Source: Candidatus Velthaea sp.
GTDB taxonomy: Bacteria; Vulcanimicrobiota; Vulcanimicrobiia; Vulcanimicrobiales; Vulcanimicrobiaceae
Assembly (NCBI GenBank): GCA_050012475.1
Contig: JBEKHC010000006.1
Span: forward strand, 1 to 64,000
Direction of reading: 5' to 3'
DNA length: 64,000 nt
Part shown: positions 30,161 through 39,032 of the stretch, piece by piece
Position numbering within the stretch: the stretch's first letter is position 1
Layout: each line of letters starts with the position of its first letter
Notes under the pieces: generated by a model
Seen by the model: the letters and a program-made list of their open reading frames with translations, nothing else
What the model was told of the DNA's origin: nothing
Database searches by the model: none
Made by a program: the position numbers and the translations under genes

Positions 30161-31278
30161 GCAGTGGCGCTCTCGGGCGAACGAACGTACGCCGGGGATC
30201 GATAGACGCAGCACGGTTCGGACCCGAACGCGTCGCCGCTGAACCCATACGCACGTGCACGCGAGCCGCCGCACATCTGGCGGAAATCGCAGCCGCCGCA
30301 CTTTCCGTTCAACCGATCGGGATCGCGCAAACGACGGATGGTGGGATCGTTGCGGTAGACGTCGATGAGCTTCTCTTCGCGCACGTCGCCGACGGCGATC
30401 GGTAGAAATGCGCCGGGAAAGATGCCGCCGGTGTGCGAGACGAACACCAAGCCCTTGCCGTCGCCGATCGCCGGAAAGCGAAAATGATCGGCCTTCGACG
30501 GCCGCTCCTTGACCGGCAGCGTTGCGATCCGCTGAGAAACGAAACGCCGGAAATGCGGCGCTTCGGTCGTCGTCAGCATGAACGGCGCATCTTTCCAAAC
30601 CGCAAAAAGGTCGGCGAATGCCGCCTCGAATCCCTGCGCATCCAGACAATCCTCGATCTCGGGCGCAGTCACGGGCACGGGAAAGGATACCGCCCACAGC
30701 GACGCGTCGAGCCGCGGAATGAGATCGGCGATCGCTTTGATCTGGGACTGATTGTGGCGCGCGAGCGTGGTGTTGATCTGCAGCTCGATGCCGGCTTCGC
30801 GGGCGTGCGCGGCTGCCGTCAGCGTGCGCTCGAACGCGCCTTCGACGCCGCGAAACCCATCGTGGGTTTGGGCGTCAGCCCCGTCCAGGCTCAACGACAT
30901 CCGGCGGCAGCCGGCCGCGGCCAGCCGTTCGAGCGCAGATTTGGTCAGCCGTGCCGTTGCGCTGGGCGACAGCGCAACGCGCAACTCGCGCTGGACTGCG
31001 TACGAGACGATCTCGAAAATATCGGGCCGCACGAACGGATCGCCGCCGGCGAGGATAAAAATCGGCCGGCCGTAGGCGGCAACTTCGTCGACCAGATCGA
31101 AAGCCTCAGCGGTCGTGAGTTCCCGACCGTCACGCTTGGGAATCGACTTCGCACGGCAGTGCACGCAGGTCAAGGCGCAGGCGCGCGTCACCTCCCAAAT
31201 GACGATACGCGGACCGTCGTCGTAGATACTCACGGGCCTACCGTACTTGAGGTTCCCGAAGAACCCAGGAAGAAACAT
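30157..31278 (-). CDS. Radical SAM/SPASM protein, AhbD-like
   Basis: IWEVTRACALTCVHCRA, TTEAPHFRR, DGKGLVFVSHTG, KCGGCDFRQMCGGSRARAY. Confidence 0.85.
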   Translation of the reverse strand: MFLPGFFGNLKYGRPVSIYDDGPRIVIWEVTRACALTCVHCRAKSIPKRDGRELTTAEAFDLVDEVAAYGRPIFILAGGDPFVRPDIFEIVSYAVQRELRVALSPSATARLTKSALERLAAAGCRRMSLSLDGADAQTHDGFRGVEGAFERTLTAAAHAREAGIELQINTTLARHNQSQIKAIADLIPRLDASLWAVSFPVPVTAPEIEDCLDAQGFEAAFADLFAVWKDAPFMLTTTEAPHFRRFVSQRIATLPVKERPSKADHFRFPAIGDGKGLVFVSHTGGIFPGAFLPIAVGDVREEKLIDVYRNDPTIRRLRDPDRLNGKCGGCDFRQMCGGSRARAYGFSGDAFGSEPCCVYRSPAYVRSPESATA

Positions 31279-31425
31279 ATCGGGAGTCCGTACAGTTCCT
31301 TCAACAAACGTTCACACGTTGACGACGCAACGCGTTCCGGAAATTGCCGCGCCAACTCCAGAAATGACGGGGTGAGCGGGGTCGAGAAGCACACGAAGCG
31401 CCGCACAGGCGCGGGAGTTTTCACG

Positions 31426-31824
31426 ATGAAGCGGAGCCTTTTCCTGACCGCGGCCTTGACCGCTCTGACCGCGCCGGCGTCTGCGGCAGGCGTCACCGGC
31501 TGCACGTGCTGCGAAGGCTGGGCCGGCGCGATGAATGCGAAAGGCTACCACACCACCATTCACGAGATCGAACACGCGGCGCGCTTGGCGAAGTTTGCCA
31601 TTCCTGCCGAGTTGGCCGGCTGTCACACCGCGGTTGCCGCGGGTTACCTCATCGAAGGGCACGTGCCGGTCGAGGCCGTCGCGAAACTCCTGCGCGAACG
31701 CCCGAAGACGCGCGGCGTCGCATTGCCCGGGATGCCCAGCGGAACCCCCGGTATGCCCGGGCCGTCGAGCAAAATCGACGTCGTGTTCCTCGACGACCCG
31801 CAGCGCGTCTTCTTTACGCGCTGA
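31426..31824 (+). CDS. DUF411 metal-binding protein
   Basis: CTCCEGW, GCHTA, IEGHVP, LPGMPSGTPGM; GGAG RBS. Confidence 0.9.
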   Translation: MKRSLFLTAALTALTAPASAAGVTGCTCCEGWAGAMNAKGYHTTIHEIEHAARLAKFAIPAELAGCHTAVAAGYLIEGHVPVEAVAKLLRERPKTRGVALPGMPSGTPGMPGPSSKIDVVFLDDPQRVFFTR

Positions 31825-31853
31825 TCGTTGATGTGCGGGCAGGGCCGCGGCTC

Positions 31854-33491
31854 GTGACGCACGCCGTCGAGAATCAGCCGCCCCTGCTGTGTCCGTACAA
31901 TGTGTTCGAGGCCAGCCCGCTGCTGAGCGAAACGCTGGACACGTTCGCGGCAGCCGGCGCCCGGCGGCGATTGAACGAGCTCGGCGCGCTCGCCGGCAGC
32001 GCCAAGGCCATCGGCTGGGGATTCGACGCCAATCGCAATCCGCCGGCCCTCAAGACGTTCGACCGCTTCGGACATCGCATCGACGAAGTCGAATATCATC
32101 CGTCATACCATGCGCTGATGGAGGTCGCGGTCACGCACGGTCTGCACGCATCTTCCTGGTGCGATCCGGCTGGGGGCGCCCACGTTGCGCGCGCCATTGC
32201 GTTCTTCATCTGGAGCCAAGTCGACGCCGGACACGGATGTCCGATCTCGATGACGCATGCATCGATTTCCGCCCTGCGCGTGCAGCCCAATCTTGCCGCG
32301 CTCTGGGAACCCGGCATTCTCGCGGCTGCGTACGACCCCGTGCTGCGGCCGCCGGCCGAAAAACGAGGCCTGCTGCTGGGTATGGCGATGACCGAAAAGC
32401 AAGGCGGCTCCGACGTCCGCGCCAACACGACTCAGGCCGTCGCTACCGGGGCCGGCGGTCCGGGCCAAGAGTATGCGCTAACCGGACACAAATGGTTCTG
32501 CTCCGCTCCGATGTGCGACGCGTTTCTGGCGTTGGCGCAAGCACCGCGCGGGCTCTCGTGTTTCCTCGTGCCACGCATCCTGCCGGACGGAACGCGGAAT
32601 GTTTTCGCCTTGCAGCGGCTCAAAGACAAGCTCGGCAATCGTTCCAATGCCTCCAGCGAAGTCGAGTGGAACGGCACGCTCGCGTATTTAGTCGGCGAAG
32701 AAGGCCGGGGGATTTCGACGATCGTCGAGATGGTCAACTTTACGCGACTCGACTGCATCATCGGTTCGGCCGCCGGCATGCGGCAAGCCGTGACGCAGGC
32801 CGCGCATCATCTTGCGCACCGTTCGGCTTTCGGGAAGATGCTCATCGACCAACCGCTGGCGCAAAACGTGCTCGCTGATCTGGCGATCGAAGCCGAGGCA
32901 GCGGAGCTGACGTTTCTGCGCGCGGCACAGGCGTGCGACCAGGCCGCCCGCGATCCGGCGCAAGCCGCCTTCAAACGCATCGCTACGGCAGTGGGAAAAT
33001 ATTGGGTCTGCAAACGCGCCGCAGCCCACGCCGCCGAAGCGCTCGAATGTTTGGGCGGCAACGGCTACGTCGAAGAGAGCATCATGCCGCGGCTTTATCG
33101 CGAGGCGCCGCTCAACTCGATCTGGGAGGGATCGGGAAACGTCAACGCGCTCGACGTCCTGCGCATCCTGGCCAAAGAGCCCGCAGCGGTCGAAGCGTTT
33201 CATGCTGAGATTGCGACCGTGCGCGGCGCCGACGCGCGCTTCGATGCAGCGTCGGCGGTCCTGCAACGCGAGTTGCGCGATCCGGACGAGCGCGAACGCC
33301 GTGGGCGGCTGCTCGTCGAACGGATGGCGCTGATGCTCCAAGCGTCGCTGCTCGTTCGCTACGGCGATCCGAACGTTGCCGACGCTTTCTGCGCCAGTCG
33401 CCTCGCTGGAGGCGCGGGCCATTGCTTCGGAACCTTGCCGCCCGAGGCCGGCTTCACGGCGATCGTCCGGCGTGCGGCACCGCTCCGATAG
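31854..33491 (+). CDS. aidB: AidB-like acyl-CoA dehydrogenase
   Basis: THAVENQPP, CPISMT, MTEKQGGSD, GHKWFCSAP, IWEGSGN. Confidence 0.92.
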   Translation: MTHAVENQPPLLCPYNVFEASPLLSETLDTFAAAGARRRLNELGALAGSAKAIGWGFDANRNPPALKTFDRFGHRIDEVEYHPSYHALMEVAVTHGLHASSWCDPAGGAHVARAIAFFIWSQVDAGHGCPISMTHASISALRVQPNLAALWEPGILAAAYDPVLRPPAEKRGLLLGMAMTEKQGGSDVRANTTQAVATGAGGPGQEYALTGHKWFCSAPMCDAFLALAQAPRGLSCFLVPRILPDGTRNVFALQRLKDKLGNRSNASSEVEWNGTLAYLVGEEGRGISTIVEMVNFTRLDCIIGSAAGMRQAVTQAAHHLAHRSAFGKMLIDQPLAQNVLADLAIEAEAAELTFLRAAQACDQAARDPAQAAFKRIATAVGKYWVCKRAAAHAAEALECLGGNGYVEESIMPRLYREAPLNSIWEGSGNVNALDVLRILAKEPAAVEAFHAEIATVRGADARFDAASAVLQRELRDPDERERRGRLLVERMALMLQASLLVRYGDPNVADAFCASRLAGGAGHCFGTLPPEAGFTAIVRRAAPLR

Positions 33492-33507
33492 GATACGGTC
33501 CTTATGC

Positions 33508-33553
33508 CATTGCGCTCATTACGCCCAATTGCGCCCATTACGCGCATTACGCC
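33508..33553. repeat. Five tandem 9-10 bp units (CATTRCGCN)
   Basis: cattgcgct cattacgcc caattgcgcc cattacgcg cattacgcc. Confidence 0.8.
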
Positions 33554-33567
33554 GGGAACGAGGTTTG

Positions 33568-33877
33568 CGTAAGAATCGCTTAACAAAAAATGATGTGGAT
33601 CTTCAGCGCAGCGCCGAGCGGCGTTACGTTAGCTTCGTTAAAGACTCTTTACAACCGTAAAGCTGCTTTACAAACGGCCCATACATCGTTAGCGCTCGCG
33701 TCGAATGCGCGACGATGCTTTTCGTTAAAACTGCTTTACACGGATAGCTTCGTACGTCATTTGCGGTCAACGCTGCAAACGGCGATTGCGTAAAAACCAC
33801 TTTACAAACAACGCGTACGCCGCTAACGACGCGCCATCCGGCGCGACGAGGCTTTCGTTAAAACCGCTTTACACGGA
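33568..33877. repeat. Array of six semi-palindromic CGT(T/A)AA...CTTTACA boxes, mostly 66-68 bp apart, forming three ~88-bp units
   Basis: Boxes start at 33568, 33636, 33656, 33723, 33789, 33856; perfect palindrome GTAAAGC-T-GCTTTAC at 33657-33671. Confidence 0.85.
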
Positions 33878-34093
33878 CTAAAGTCCGTAGCTTTTACGGC
33901 GTTAAGAACCATACGGTTGTAATAATTGCCGGGCGATACGATACGAACGTAGCACTTCATGCTGCGCCGCCCGTAGCGCCTATGCCCTAAGGCGTCGGGC
34001 CGCCGGGTTATCTGTTTATCGAGTCAGCTCCGGCCATCAAACTGCCATAGTACGCTCTGCGCTACTATATATAGCGCTTCCCAGAGCAATACA

Positions 34094-34121
34094 ATCCCTG
34101 AACGCTCCGTCGCGCAGGGAT
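34094..34121 (-). terminator. Hairpin terminator after the small peptide gene
   Basis: ATCCCTG/CAGGGAT stem followed on the minus strand by TGTATT, about 10 nt after the stop. Confidence 0.55.
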
Positions 34122-34130
34122 CCGCGGCGA

Positions 34131-34286
34131 CTACCCGGCCAGCGGATGTCCCGTCGACGGCTTCGGCGTGGGCTTGGCAACGGCCGGCGCATAAAAGGCT
34201 GCGGGCGTCGCATGGTTCACGTAGGCAGCAGCGTGCGAACCGGCACCGGACATTGCTGACAGAAGGGCCACGAGAAGGGCGATCAT
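34131..34286 (-). CDS. 51-aa secreted peptide precursor (not in the ORF track)
   Basis: GAGGT RBS, ATG; MIALLVALLSAMSGAGSHAAAYVNHATPAAFYAPAVAKPTPKPSTGHPLAG-stop; followed by a terminator hairpin. Confidence 0.7.
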   Translation of the reverse strand: MIALLVALLSAMSGAGSHAAAYVNHATPAAFYAPAVAKPTPKPSTGHPLAG

Positions 34287-34801
34287 TTAAATTAGACCTC
34301 ACAGCGAGAAGTGCGAACAAAGAAGAAGACCAAGGCAAGTCGACCAACATTTTTGCTGGTCCAAAGACTGATGGACCGAGTTAGACTTGAATGGTTTCAC
34401 GTCAAATTCTGCCGTTGTTAAACGCGGTGGACCGCGTTGACTACGGTAGCTTCCGGGCGGCTGGCCCTTTTTCACACGAGCCTGCCTCCGTATTTTCAGT
34501 ATTCGGTTGCCGTTGGCTGAACTTTATAGTGCTCCAGTATGATTCTGCAGACAACTCTACGAACTTGCAGGTTCCCTCTTTTTCAATGATCGAACGACAT
34601 TAGGCCCTACCGTATTTGCATATAACAACAGTGCCGTGCAATAGGAACATTCGCGTCAATTACTCAGAAACAGTTTGAACGGACGGATGCTCGTCCTTGC
34701 GTTCGACACAATCCGCCTTGAACGCGCAACAGTACAGAAGGCTGGAAATCCTAGCGCCTGCGGTCCAGCAACGCCCGGCAAACGGGTTTAGATTGGGTTC
34801 G

Positions 34802-34834
34802 GGTTCGCCGAATCCGCCGCATTTGGGGCTACGC
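34802..34834 (+). repeat. Degenerate REP-like copy
   Basis: GGTTCGCCGAATCCGCCGCATTTGGGGCTACGC resembles the 14459 and 61483 copies. Confidence 0.5.
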
Positions 34835-34921
34835 ATAAGCCGCAGGGCTCGAGTGGGACGCCCACCCGAGCGAGGCCCAGGCGCCCAGCCAGTCGTCGCG
34901 TGCCGGGTAAACCCGACCGGT

Positions 34922-35911
34922 TCAGGAACGCTTGGTCAAGACGTCGTTCATGGCGTCGATGACTTCGGGATCGAACTGCGTCCCGGAGTGACGGCGCAAC
35001 TCTTCCAAGGCCGTTGCAGGCCGCATGGGCTGCCGATACGGCCGGTTCCCGATCATCGCGTTGAACGAATCGGCGACCGACACGATGCGAGCCGCAAGCG
35101 GGATTTTCGAGGCCGCGAGCCCATCGGGATAACCGCGGCCGTCGAGCCGCTCGTGATGGCCGCGCACCGCCGGCGTGTGCTGCGCCAGCAACGGGATCGC
35201 CGTGATGATCGCGCCTCCGTCTTCAGCATGCCGTCGCATGATGTTCATCTCCCGCGCGGTCAGCTTGCGCGGCGCCGTGAGGATTTCGGGCGGCGTCGTC
35301 ATCTTTCCGATATCGTGGATCAATCCGCAGCGCGACACGTACGTCGTCTCGGTACGCGAAAGCGACATCCGCTTGCCGATGCGCGAGCACCAAACGGAAA
35401 CGGCGCGCGAATGTTCCGCCGTCAATGGATCGGACGCCTCGAGGCGGCTCACCAGTTCGCCGAGCACGACATCGATTTCGTCCAGCGTATCGGTCGCAAC
35501 CAACGCTGCAGGTACGCGCGGACGGCGAATGATGCGATCGATCTCTTCGGCCACTACGTCCAATTCCGACGTCCGGTTGGCCAGGCCCACGTTCAATTCG
35601 CTCACCACGCCGGCTGTCGTCGACGTCGCCGCGCTCAGCAGCCGCGGAATCACCGCCATGTGCGGATACTTCTCGCAGATCCCGTCGACCCACGCAAGCA
35701 AAATCGACCAGTCTCCGCCGGCGATCGCGTCGGCAAACCGCTCGGCGAACGACAGCGCCGTCAGTTCCAGTCCGATGTTGATCTCGCGCCGGCGAACCGA
35801 GCGTTGGATGACTGCGGCTGCAACGGCATACTTCTTCGCTCGAACCGCGTCTGCGATAGCGATTCGATCGTCGCGAATCGGGCTGGCGACGAAGTGTCGC
35901 TCGAACTGCAC
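34922..35911 (-). CDS. HD-GYP phosphodiesterase with helical N-terminal domain
   Basis: EHSRAV, LIHDIGK, HHERLDGRGYP, VADSFNAM...RPY, GTQFDP; starts 7 bp after the regulator stop. Confidence 0.92.
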   Translation of the reverse strand: MQFERHFVASPIRDDRIAIADAVRAKKYAVAAAVIQRSVRRREINIGLELTALSFAERFADAIAGGDWSILLAWVDGICEKYPHMAVIPRLLSAATSTTAGVVSELNVGLANRTSELDVVAEEIDRIIRRPRVPAALVATDTLDEIDVVLGELVSRLEASDPLTAEHSRAVSVWCSRIGKRMSLSRTETTYVSRCGLIHDIGKMTTPPEILTAPRKLTAREMNIMRRHAEDGGAIITAIPLLAQHTPAVRGHHERLDGRGYPDGLAASKIPLAARIVSVADSFNAMIGNRPYRQPMRPATALEELRRHSGTQFDPEVIDAMNDVLTKRS

Positions 35912-35918
35912 GGACGCC

Positions 35919-38564
35919 CTACTTTGCCGTCGTGGAGCGCCGCAACATATCGGCACTTTGTGCCAAAGCCACAGCGTAACGCGGGCTCGTACAGCCCAGC
36001 TTGCGACACAGCGATCGGATCAATGATTCAACCATTTCTTCGGTGCGTCCGGAAAGGAGGGCAATTTCGTCGGCTTTGAGACCCTCGGACAAGTGAATGA
36101 GGACATCCCGCTCGCGGTCGGTAAGCTGAGAGAACTGCTGGGCGAACGTTTCCGGTAAGGGCAACGCTTCGATCAACAGACCGATGCCCCCAAAATCACA
36201 AGCGTCGAGCGTGGCCAGCGCTTCGCGCAGATCAGCCGAGTAGCGGCCACGCGACCAGCGGTCGTTGATGGTTCGAATCGCTTCGACCAGCTGCTGGAAT
36301 CGCGGGGTCAGCGTGTTGGAGCGGCTCAGCCGTGAAAGCAAGCGTGCCGCTCGCTGATGAAAACCGAGCAGCGTCAGCGTCAGGGCAACATACGACTTGG
36401 CGAACGCAACCGCTTTCGCCGACGGCTCTGCTTTAGCGGCAAGCTTCAAAGCCGGCTGCACGGCCGCAACGGCCTCAGCGTGGAGGCCGGCTGCAGCTGC
36501 GTACAGCGCGATCTCGGCGTAGCGCTGCGATTGACGCATTGGAGTGATTTGTTTCTCCGCAGTCGTAGCGAGGAGGCGGTAAGCGCGGTGGAAATCGCCC
36601 GTCCAGGTTGCGCGCAGTGCCTGTGCGGGCAGCAGCATCTCGCTAGCGAACACAGAGTAATTTACTTCAAGGGCCTGAAGTGCCTCGTCCAGGCGCGCGC
36701 TTTCGTGTAAATTTCCCCGCAGCACCTCGATCTCGAACTGGCCGAGCGTAGCGTAAACGAGCAAGTTCCGGCTGCCCGCTTTGATGCTGCACGACGCAAG
36801 CTGATCTAGATACGATCGACCTGCGCGCACGTCGTCTTCGTAGTCCATCGCGATATTGTAAAGAATGCTCAACGCTCGCGCGGCGATGTCGTACAGATGA
36901 GACGCAAACGCGGTCTCGACGGCTTGGCGGGCGTATGCCTTGGCACGTTCGGGATCGCGCGCAAAAAAGGCAACGTATCCGGCCTGAAAATACAACTTCG
37001 CCCGCACCGATGCGTCGCTAACGTCGGAAAGCTGCTCGAGAGCGCGTTCGATCGTCAGTGCGGCAAGCTCGCCTTGTTGATGCGTCGCGTACGCGGTGGC
37101 GAGCAGACCGGCCAGGGAAACGGCAAGCGCGAGGTCGTGTCCGCCCTCCGCGACAATCGGTTGCAGCAGATCGATCGCGTCGCGCCGGTCCTGGCGCACC
37201 AGGTCGGTCGCAAAGCGAAACACGATCGCGCCGCGCTGGCCGAAGTCTTCGACATGCGCGATCGCATCGCGAAACCACGCTTCAGCGACGTCGAAACTTC
37301 CGTGCAGCGATTCCAAGCTCGCCTTCACCGCGAGCGCGACGGGGAATTCAGAAAATTCGACGTCGCTGAGCGCATTGAGCGCCCCGTAGATGAGATCGGT
37401 CTCGCCGCGATCGATCAGCTCGAAACCGCGCTCGCTCAGCAGACGCGCGAGAGGCACCACGTCGTGCAATTCGGTATACAGCTCGATGGCGTCGGTCCAA
37501 CGTCCGACCCGTCCGCAGACGGCGGCCGAGGCCGTGCCGATCTCGCGGTACGAGGGATCGGGACCGGCGCGCAGCCGCTGCTCGAGGAACGCGCGAAATA
37601 ACTCGTGGTAGCGATACCCGCGGGGACCTTCACGGAAGATGATCGCGCCTGCGCTGCAGAGCCGATCGAGCATCGGCGCAGCGTCGTGCCAGCCCGCTGC
37701 TTCGAGCAACGCGACGTCGAAATGCTTGTAGAGGCACGTCTGGAGGAGAAAGCGCCGTTCGTTGTCCGGTCGTGCCGCAAGGGCCCGTTCGGCGAAGTAC
37801 GCGTATGAGTGCGCGTCCGGTTCATCGACGAGCATCGCGAGCCCGGGTATGTCGCTCAAGGCGAGGGCGGTTGCCGCCGGCCAGTTGTCCGTCATGCGGG
37901 AAAGTGCGAGTACCGTCGTGCGCGAGATCGGTGCCCCGGAGCGTTCGACGGCGACGCTTAAATCGTCGGGGGTGAGCGCCAAGTCGATATCGTCCAGCGG
38001 CAAATCGAGCCGATCGTTGGCCAACCAGCGCGCGATCGGAAAACGGTCGGCGCTTTCGGCGACGAGTACCCAACGGATCGTCGTCCGGTCGGTCTGATCG
38101 ACCAGTTCGGTGAGCAGGCCGAATAGCCGTTCATCCGTTACGTTCTGCAGCCCATCGATCATGACGGTAAGGTCGAGCGAGACCAGATGGCCCGCGGCCC
38201 ACGCGGCGATCTTCTTCGGCCCTTCGTCCGCATTGTGCATGCGGTCGTACACGCCCAGGAACGAGGTGCGTAAAGCCGGGACCAGATCGCCCAAGCAATT
38301 CGTAAAGGCCCGCATGAAACCGAGCAAATCGCCCTGATTCGACGCCAGTTCTAGACACCGGTACGGGCGACCAGTGGCTTTGAAGAATTCGCGCAGCACC
38401 GTGCTCTTGCCGAAGCCCGTGGGAGCGGACACCACCAAAATGGGGAAATCGACCGCTCGTTCCAGCCGCTTGAATGCGCGCGTACGGGCCGCAGACAAGA
38501 GCGCTTGCGCGCTATGCCGCGCTGTTGCGGCGGAGGTTTGCACGTGCGACACGATGTCACTCAC
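35919..38564 (-). CDS. MalT-like AAA/helical-repeat/LuxR-HTH regulator
   Basis: Walker A APTGFGKST, WPA, YRYHELF, TPR-like helical region, C-terminal LTDRERDVL...KLG. Confidence 0.88.
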   Translation of the reverse strand: MSDIVSHVQTSAATARHSAQALLSAARTRAFKRLERAVDFPILVVSAPTGFGKSTVLREFFKATGRPYRCLELASNQGDLLGFMRAFTNCLGDLVPALRTSFLGVYDRMHNADEGPKKIAAWAAGHLVSLDLTVMIDGLQNVTDERLFGLLTELVDQTDRTTIRWVLVAESADRFPIARWLANDRLDLPLDDIDLALTPDDLSVAVERSGAPISRTTVLALSRMTDNWPAATALALSDIPGLAMLVDEPDAHSYAYFAERALAARPDNERRFLLQTCLYKHFDVALLEAAGWHDAAPMLDRLCSAGAIIFREGPRGYRYHELFRAFLEQRLRAGPDPSYREIGTASAAVCGRVGRWTDAIELYTELHDVVPLARLLSERGFELIDRGETDLIYGALNALSDVEFSEFPVALAVKASLESLHGSFDVAEAWFRDAIAHVEDFGQRGAIVFRFATDLVRQDRRDAIDLLQPIVAEGGHDLALAVSLAGLLATAYATHQQGELAALTIERALEQLSDVSDASVRAKLYFQAGYVAFFARDPERAKAYARQAVETAFASHLYDIAARALSILYNIAMDYEDDVRAGRSYLDQLASCSIKAGSRNLLVYATLGQFEIEVLRGNLHESARLDEALQALEVNYSVFASEMLLPAQALRATWTGDFHRAYRLLATTAEKQITPMRQSQRYAEIALYAAAAGLHAEAVAAVQPALKLAAKAEPSAKAVAFAKSYVALTLTLLGFHQRAARLLSRLSRSNTLTPRFQQLVEAIRTINDRWSRGRYSADLREALATLDACDFGGIGLLIEALPLPETFAQQFSQLTDRERDVLIHLSEGLKADEIALLSGRTEEMVESLIRSLCRKLGCTSPRYAVALAQSADMLRRSTTAK

Positions 38565-39032
38565 GTGCGAACCCGCCCCTCACGTGCAAGCGTACACGGC
38601 CCGATCGCGAGCGGTCGCCGGGCACAGCGCAAACGACCGCGTCCGACGAACGCCTAGGCGCATCGATCTTCCTTCGCTCTCACTCACCTTAAAATCCAGT
38701 CCGCAGAATAGATCAAAAGTTACGCGTACCGCGCCCGCAGCATTCGCAATAAAATAAACAGTAACAGTTTCGCGCGCTTTCGTCACTGAGAATCGTTCAG
38801 ACTTGACACGCGCCAAGTCAACCAGGCTATAACAACTGCCGCGCGAGCCGATAGACTTCATAATGCTGAAAACGTCCGGGCGCTGGTCGCGTTTGGTTTC
38901 CCGCAGAGGTTGCATGTCAGGTTTCGTACTGCAGCCCGGCTTCTCGTTCGCACGCTCTTCTTGTCGAGCGCAGTGCGACGCGGCGTGCAGCACGTACTGC
39001 GAGCGAACGAGCCGCGTGACGGTTGGCCCGAC

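Noticed and set aside
31300..31335. FNR box upstream of the rSAM-bchE cluster
   Set aside because: Palindromes are present (CGTTG-N6-CAACG) but do not match TTGAT-N4-ATCAA
31426..31510. Possible small deletion before CxCC in DUF411
   Set aside because: The usual short strand before the Cys motif seems missing, but this cannot be separated from natural variation without an alignment
33578..33645. Integron attC site
   Set aside because: GCTTAAC fits RYYYAAC but there is no matching GTTRRRY with long complementarity, and no cassette or integrase
33568..33877. CRISPR array
   Set aside because: The period is CRISPR-like, but repeats are short and degenerate, alternate between two forms, spacers resemble each other, and there are no cas genes
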